Below are positions 36,063 to 41,011 of a DNA stretch of 41,011 bases, piece by piece. The stretch is taken from IMG/VR virus record IMGVR_UViG_3300003375_000055, positions 1-41,011 of that record; one strand, written 5' to 3'. The stretch's first letter is position 1. Each line of letters begins with the position of its first letter. The notes below the pieces were generated by a model, which did no database searches, was not told the DNA's origin, and was given only the letters and a program-made list of their open reading frames with translations. The DNA comes from a virus (lineage: Duplodnaviria; Caudoviricetes). Position numbers and translations under genes: made by a program.

Positions 36063-37469
36063 ATGAAAAAGCAAGGAAAGTATCAAAATTTAGATTATAT
36101 AGATAGCATCCTTCCAGATGATATAGTGATAAAACGTCCTATAGATCCTTCTATTAAGATACATAAAGAAATGCCTCTAATATTTATAGATCCTGACTTC
36201 GGCGAATTTACTACCTCTATAAGAGGTTTAACGGACGCCGGTAAGTCCACACATCCCAAGAAAACTGCTCATCGCAGAGCCTTAACTAATGTCACGAAGC
36301 CTGAAGAAAAAAAGCAGCTTACAATCAAAAAACGTTACGAAACAATGGAACAACGGGGCAATAGTCCAAATAGTAAGGGAAGATTGGCTAAACGTAAAGC
36401 CACTAATATATCTAGATTTGGTGTAGAAAATCCAATGCAGCATCCTAATGTGAAGCAGATATTAAAAGAGACATTTGTTGCTAAATACGGCGTAGATAAC
36501 GCTATGAAGCTAGAAACTTCTAAAGAAAAGTTAGCGGCCACTTGCATTGAAAAATATGGAGTCACTAATGGAGGAGCCTCAGCACAAGCTAAAGAAAAAA
36601 TTCTACAAGCGCATATTGCTAACGAAACTGCAGGATCTTCTACTCTAGAACGTGAAATGCTGTCTTGGGTTAGATCTCTAGGACTGAGTGCTAATAAAGG
36701 CTATCTAGGTGGAGCTTCCCCTAAAGAATTGGACATAAAAATTAAAGATCAAAACATTGCCATCGAAGTAAACGGTACTTATTGGCATTCTGAAGTATTT
36801 TTAAAGAAACATTATCATTTAGAGAAGACATTACTAGCCGAGCAACAGGGAATTAAGCTAATACATATATTCGACTTCGAATGGAAAAATAGAAATCGAC
36901 AAGTGAAGTCTTTTCTAAAGTCGTGCCTAGGTAAGAATAGCGTCAGATTACATGCTAGGAAGTGTGTTGTGTCTCCCGTTGAGATACCTTTAGCTAAGCA
37001 ATTCCTAGAGGCCTACCACATATTAGGTGCCCCAAAAATAATTTCAGCGGCATATGGGTTGTATTATAATAACGAGATAGTGAGTGTCATTACTCTGGGA
37101 CCACACCATCGTAAAGGCGGCGCGGAACTTGTTCTAAATCGTTATTGCGGAAAAGAAGACGTTTCCGTTGCGGGTGGCCTAAGTCGTCTAACGAAGTGTG
37201 CAGTAGCTAATCATGGTAGAATAACTACGTGGGTAGATAGACGCATATCTAACGGAGTAAATTGGGAAAAATCCGGATGGACCGTAGTTAATGTATTGTA
37301 TCCTGATTATTTCTATTTTAATACAAGAACACACGAAATTATTTCCAAACAGTCTAGACAAAAGAGTAAAGTAAATACTCCAGAAAATTTAACGGAAGTA
37401 GAACATGCTAGATTGGATAATTTGGTGAGAGTGTGGGACTGTGGTAAGATTAAGTTGGAAGCTTTTTGA
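36063..37469 (+). CDS. Free-standing homing-endonuclease-like protein (KYGV repeats + Vsr/DUF559-like nuclease + GNAT-like C-terminus)
   Basis: Three (K/R)(Y/F)GV-x-N repeats; ELDI...IAIEVNGTYWHS; FLEAYH, GGLSRL, VWDCG. Confidence 0.7.
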   Translation: MKKQGKYQNLDYIDSILPDDIVIKRPIDPSIKIHKEMPLIFIDPDFGEFTTSIRGLTDAGKSTHPKKTAHRRALTNVTKPEEKKQLTIKKRYETMEQRGNSPNSKGRLAKRKATNISRFGVENPMQHPNVKQILKETFVAKYGVDNAMKLETSKEKLAATCIEKYGVTNGGASAQAKEKILQAHIANETAGSSTLEREMLSWVRSLGLSANKGYLGGASPKELDIKIKDQNIAIEVNGTYWHSEVFLKKHYHLEKTLLAEQQGIKLIHIFDFEWKNRNRQVKSFLKSCLGKNSVRLHARKCVVSPVEIPLAKQFLEAYHILGAPKIISAAYGLYYNNEIVSVITLGPHHRKGGAELVLNRYCGKEDVSVAGGLSRLTKCAVANHGRITTWVDRRISNGVNWEKSGWTVVNVLYPDYFYFNTRTHEIISKQSRQKSKVNTPENLTEVEHARLDNLVRVWDCGKIKLEAF

Positions 37470-37573
37470 TTTTTATAAACGGATTTTTTCTCGCCGACTG
37501 ACGCATTATCCAAAACAGCATCTGCTCACTATAAGCTGCTTCGGGATCTCGGCAATTTTTAAAGTCGCTTTTT

Positions 37574-37834
37574 TTAGGTTTTCTCATCTTCACACTCCGG
37601 GACAATCACTCTAACCATCGACTTCTTACCAGTATCCATTCCCCATCTATCCACAATACTCTCTTGACGTATCTTACCGCTATGTGGTGGCAACATACCG
37701 TGTTCTTCCAAAAAATCCAATAGCTGTATAGCATGGGGGTCTTCTAGGCCGAAATATAGTCTTTCTGAGTACATTTCGGACATCATATCATGAAGTTTAG
37801 TTGCTAATAATAGTGCCATCTCGCTGCGTTTCAT
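37574..37834 (-). CDS. Hypothetical protein (MKRSEM...GMLPP family)
   Basis: ATGA overlap; paralog at 38622-38783. Confidence 0.75.
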   Translation of the reverse strand: MKRSEMALLLATKLHDMMSEMYSERLYFGLEDPHAIQLLDFLEEHGMLPPHSGKIRQESIVDRWGMDTGKKSMVRVIVPECEDEKT

Positions 37835-38130
37835 TTATTAATCCCCAAAATATCCGCCACAATGCCTGCAACGTCGCTTTTATTTATCTGGGGCGGTCTC
37901 AGATAACCGGTAGCAAATGCGGCATTAACATTCTCTTCGGGAGTGAAATCTACCCAAACACCTTCGCCTAAAGCATTAACATACTTCTTCTGCAATATAA
38001 AATACGGCTGTGGCTCGGTGATTTGATGCATTTTCCCATCGCCACCCATAGTGAGCATTCCCATAGCCTGTGACCATAGCTTTACCAAACGATACGTGCT
38101 TCCTTCCTTCACCACTTCCGGCTTATTCAT
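37831..38130 (-). CDS. Hypothetical protein
   Basis: Start re-called at MNKPEVV. Confidence 0.65.
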   Translation of the reverse strand: MNKPEVVKEGSTYRLVKLWSQAMGMLTMGGDGKMHQITEPQPYFILQKKYVNALGEGVWVDFTPEENVNAAFATGYLRPPQINKSDVAGIVADILGINK

Positions 38131-38290
38131 TTCCAGTATCCTTGCAACTACACTGTACTTCGGTAGCGTTGCCATTGCTCTCAGCACGTATTTCCGAGAC
38201 CTGCTTATTCCCGCACATCCTGTTGCAAGCATCCATGTTTATCTCAGCAGTCGTACATCCCGCTAACAGTAGTAATATCAGATATTTCAT
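38123..38290 (-). CDS. Small Cys-rich lipoprotein
   Basis: MKYLILLLLAGC lipobox. Confidence 0.7.
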   Translation of the reverse strand: MKYLILLLLAGCTTAEINMDACNRMCGNKQVSEIRAESNGNATEVQCSCKDTGNE

Positions 38291-38400
38291 TCCCATACCT
38301 CTTTCTTTTATTTTGTTGTCCATAATATAATAAATACCAATGCAAACACCACGACATTAAACCAATCTAAAAGCGCACCACGTTGTATAAATTTCATTCC

Positions 38401-38625
38401 CTAATCTCCTTGTCCATGCATTTCATATTGTTCCATCTCCCGTTTTAATTCTCTCCGCATCAAACTTTTAACGTAAAGAAGACTTCTAAGTGGGCTGCCT
38501 TCTTGACAGCTGCCAGTTACCATCCAATAGCGATTGCCCCTAGTGCGATAGCGCAGTCGAAACAATATCAAATCCGAATAGTAGCGTTCTACGGTAAATG
38601 TATACGGTCGTCCTATAGCGCTCAC
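38401..38625 (-). CDS. Hypothetical protein
   Basis: GTG start after GGAGGA, GTGA overlap. Confidence 0.6.
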   Translation of the reverse strand: MSAIGRPYTFTVERYYSDLILFRLRYRTRGNRYWMVTGSCQEGSPLRSLLYVKSLMRRELKREMEQYEMHGQGD

Positions 38626-38783
38626 TCTTCCTCCGTTGCCTTCACAAGCATCCCTTGCTCGTCCAACCACTCTAATAAATATCTTGCATGTAGGTCTTTC
38701 AAATAAAGACGGTCTTCGTACACTTCGGGAAACATGTCTTCTAGCTTATTTGCAAGCAATGTTACCATTTCTTCTGTGATCAT
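38622..38783 (-). CDS. Hypothetical protein (53 aa), paralog of 37574-37834
   Basis: MITEEMVTLLANKLEDM...LLEWLDEQGML; not in ORF track. Confidence 0.75.
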   Translation of the reverse strand: MITEEMVTLLANKLEDMFPEVYEDRLYLKDLHARYLLEWLDEQGMLVKATEEE

Positions 38784-39106
38784 TTCTTCGTCCCCAACGC
38801 TTCCCGCGCCAGCTGATTATGTTTGTAAGTATTTGATGGTTCGTGATACCAGCTATCGAGGTCAGAAATTGTTTCAAGGGCTACCTTGTATCGGTCGCGC
38901 TCAGCAGTGATTACCTCAAGCTGGTCTTCCATATTATCATATTGTCGAGCTGTTATGGGATGCGTATGACTTTTTAATAATTTTTCATAAGCTTCAAATT
39001 CTATCACCTTAATGCTGTATTCGTTGATGGCAGCTTCTCTGACCATCATTGGCGCAGTAGTTGTATCTATAAACCATTGTCGCGCTCTCATTTCTTCTCC
39101 TGACAT
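38780..39106 (-). CDS. Hypothetical protein with coiled coil
   Basis: Operon packing; start may be MRARQW. Confidence 0.65.
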   Translation of the reverse strand: MSGEEMRARQWFIDTTTAPMMVREAAINEYSIKVIEFEAYEKLLKSHTHPITARQYDNMEDQLEVITAERDRYKVALETISDLDSWYHEPSNTYKHNQLAREALGTKK

Positions 39107-39342
39107 TGGGGAACATTTCTTTTTATTACCGACGCACCTATTTGATCACATGAGTTTATTAATGCCTCACACTTAGCCTTTGCTTTATCGCCTTTGCAGT
39201 TTAGCGCACCATTCTCGCCGACCGCTATTATCGCATCCAGGCATCCCATTGTCGCCAATCTTATCATATTTTCGCAATTAATACTATAGGCATTACTGCC
39301 GCAAGATAGGGCCATTGTCAATAGAACACTTGTTATTTTCAC
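39088..39342 (-). CDS. Small exported Cys-rich protein
   Basis: Signal-like N-terminus, several Cys, SD GAGGA. Confidence 0.6.
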   Translation of the reverse strand: MKITSVLLTMALSCGSNAYSINCENMIRLATMGCLDAIIAVGENGALNCKGDKAKAKCEALINSCDQIGASVIKRNVPQCQEKK

Positions 39343-39367
39343 TCTTCCTCCTATTAAAAAGACTTTC

Positions 39368-39564
39368 GTGAGTGGCCAGACGCGACTCTGGCTATGCTCC
39401 GTTATCGACCGACCTGTTTCGTTCCCTTAGATGTCTCTTGCTCTCATTAAAGGAGCTGGGTGATAAGGTGGAGTCTTGGCCTCCCGTCAGCGTGTCTCTA
39501 GTGGGTTCGAAATTAAGCCATTTCCTGCAAACTCTATCGCCACAGCTTCCCACGCCGCACTCAC
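39368..39564 (-). ncRNA. tRNA-like structured RNA with large insertions
   Basis: 7-bp acceptor-like stem GTGAGTG/CACTCAC, D-like GCGTG/CACGC, T-like GCCAG/CTGGC abutting the 3' strand. Confidence 0.55.
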
Positions 39565-39578
39565 TACTCGTCAAAACA

Positions 39579-40019
39579 TTACGGTAAAAAATATCTGTTC
39601 CCACCAGGTTTAAGTTCTCTATTATCTAGATGTACCCAAGTAGGTGTGTTTTTCTCCATCCTAAGTCCTAATTGCTCCAGCATGTCGGCTTTCAGGATGA
39701 TGTCCTTAGCGTCGTCTATACTGTGATTAGCCGCGTGAAAGTCACATGCTTTGCCTTCACTATGCGCGCTGTGCTGTGCCCCGCCAATAGCCGCGTTATA
39801 AGCAGCCGGTCTATATGACACATGAACGATAATAGGACCCAATGCGCCCCTAACCTTTTCCATGTAGTTATTAAAGAAATCGATCAAATTGGCCTTAATC
39901 TCTTCCGATAGCCCGTCCGACTCATTCGCTAGCCGTTTCCAGCTAGGAAGCCAAATGGCGTCATGCACCGTAAAATGGGGCGAAATCTTGTCCCCGTTAT
40001 TAGTAAAGTCAATTGCCAT
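39579..40019 (-). CDS. Peptidase M15A-family cell-wall peptidase (endolysin-like)
   Basis: SPHF, SYR...YNAAIGGA..SAH..GKACD, WVHLD motifs. Confidence 0.88.
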   Translation of the reverse strand: MAIDFTNNGDKISPHFTVHDAIWLPSWKRLANESDGLSEEIKANLIDFFNNYMEKVRGALGPIIVHVSYRPAAYNAAIGGAQHSAHSEGKACDFHAANHSIDDAKDIILKADMLEQLGLRMEKNTPTWVHLDNRELKPGGNRYFLP

Positions 40020-40041
40020 ATCTTCTCCTAATCTCTAATAC

Positions 40042-40070
40042 ATCCTAGCATAAAACCTATTGAAAGTCAA
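40042..40070 (-). promoter_or_regulatory. Sigma70-type promoter for the M15A cassette
   Basis: TTGACT-17 nt-TAGGAT with TG extension. Confidence 0.65.
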
Positions 40071-40077
40071 GGATAAA

Positions 40078-40087
40078 ATAACATATA
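40078..40087 (+). promoter_or_regulatory. Putative late promoter motif ATAACATATA
   Basis: Upstream of SD GAGAGG and the 40104 start. Confidence 0.65.
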
Positions 40088-40103
40088 TAATTAGAGAGGT
40101 ATC

Positions 40104-40586
40104 ATGCCTATATTAATCGTGGGAAATCAAACGTTTCAATATCCCGATCCCGGAACAGAAGCAGGCTGGGGCGAGGACGCTACTGGCTGGGCTAGTGCTG
40201 TCACTGCCGCTCTAAACGCTCTTATTGCTCCCGGAGACATATTGCCCACTTCCCTAGTAGTACAGAACAATCAAGCTGTTACAGCAGATGTTACAGGATT
40301 GTTTTTTAACGGGAACACTATCCGAGCTGCCAATGTTAGTTATGCAATATACCGCGTGTCTACAGCAACCAATCCTGGTGTAGCCGAGAGCGGACTTATC
40401 CAATTAGACTTGAACGACACCGCTACTGTTGGTAACAAATGGAGCATGGTGCAGTTTAAGAATGGTGATGCCGGTATTGCGTTTTCTGTCACCGATGGCG
40501 GACAAGTGCAATACACATCTACTGACATAGGACTTACTGGCTACACTGGCGTTATTGATTTCAGTGCTAAAGTACTTTTAAAATAA
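40104..40586 (+). CDS. Virion structural protein
   Basis: YP..G...WGEDAT.W N-terminus, beta-rich; follows the late motif. Confidence 0.75.
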   Translation: MPILIVGNQTFQYPDPGTEAGWGEDATGWASAVTAALNALIAPGDILPTSLVVQNNQAVTADVTGLFFNGNTIRAANVSYAIYRVSTATNPGVAESGLIQLDLNDTATVGNKWSMVQFKNGDAGIAFSVTDGGQVQYTSTDIGLTGYTGVIDFSAKVLLK

Positions 40587-40597
40587 AGAGGACATAA

Positions 40598-41011
40598 ATG
40601 GCTATTTCAATATTCAAGGTTCTTAAGGGATTGCTCATTCAACAAGATAGTACGTTGACCCCAACAGCTATCCAAATCACTCCCGGCGGTACCGCAAATA
40701 CTACTACTACAATCCAAGGTTCTCAAACCGTCGCTAGAATATTGACGTTACCGGATGCGACTGACACTATCGTCGGTAAGGCTACAACTGATGCCCTCAC
40801 CAATAAGACGTTAGGTAGTACAAACACAGCTACCGGCATTAAGATGGCTTCTTTTACTCCCGATGGTATTGTCACCGTAACTATGCCAGTTGCTACCGAC
40901 ACATTAGTCGGAAAATCTACCACTGACACTCTCGCCAATAAAACTCTCTCATCCCCTACGATCAACAACCCCACTCTCTCAGGCTCAGGCGGAACATTAA
41001 CACTCCCAGCC
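40598..41011 (+). CDS. Tail-fibre-like protein, runs off window edge
   Basis: SD GAGGA; repeated P-x-ATDT(I/L)VGK-x-TTD-x-L-x-NKTL units; not in ORF track. Confidence 0.8.
   Translation, partial: MAISIFKVLKGLLIQQDSTLTPTAIQITPGGTANTTTTIQGSQTVARILTLPDATDTIVGKATTDALTNKTLGSTNTATGIKMASFTPDGIVTVTMPVATDTLVGKSTTDTLANKTLSSPTINNPTLSGSGGTLTLPA

Noticed and set aside
39368-39564. Canonical tRNA or tmRNA
   Set aside because: No TTCRA loop, no definable 7-nt anticodon loop, no G3-U70 alanine identity and no CCA; kept only as tRNA-like
1-41011. CRISPR array or cas operon suggested by the Cas4-like gene
   Set aside because: No regularly spaced direct repeats or other cas genes seen by eye
1-41011. Stop-codon reassignment
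   Set aside because: Long genes are intact in the standard code, and TAA, TAG and TGA all terminate well-packed genes

Overview
A 41-kb piece of a tailed dsDNA phage (Caudoviricetes) genome in the standard genetic code. The host is probably Gram-negative (inferred from lipoprotein signals and sigma54 promoters). Layout: (i) 1-13,100, a minus-strand early region headed by two consensus sigma54 (RpoN) -24/-12 promoters. It holds many small ORFs, a degenerate DarG-like macrodomain, a phiEco32-type peptide-ligase cluster (two amidoligases, ATP-grasp ligase, class II glutamine amidotransferase), a phage sigma factor and a Cas4-like PD-(D/E)XK nuclease. (ii) A G-rich junction at ~13,200, a candidate genome end or pac region. 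(iii) 13,400-20,030, minus-strand accessory genes (GNAT, HAD phosphatase, dATP/dGTP diphosphohydrolase, membrane-anchored ClpP-like protease). (iv) 20,238-35,933, a plus-strand late block (terminase, portal, large fibre-like proteins, small acidic proteins, scaffold, major capsid protein) marked by a recurring ATAACATAT promoter-like motif. (v) A leaderless homing-endonuclease-like gene. (vi) An inverted cassette with an M15A peptidase and a tRNA-like RNA. (vii) The start of another structural block. The most novel signals are a shared F-x-K-I-x-x-hydrophobic motif in seven otherwise unrelated small head-module proteins (candidate capsid-loading tag), the sigma54 early promoters, and several structured non-coding RNAs. 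All calls come from reading the sequence and recalled family motifs; no searches or folding programs were run.
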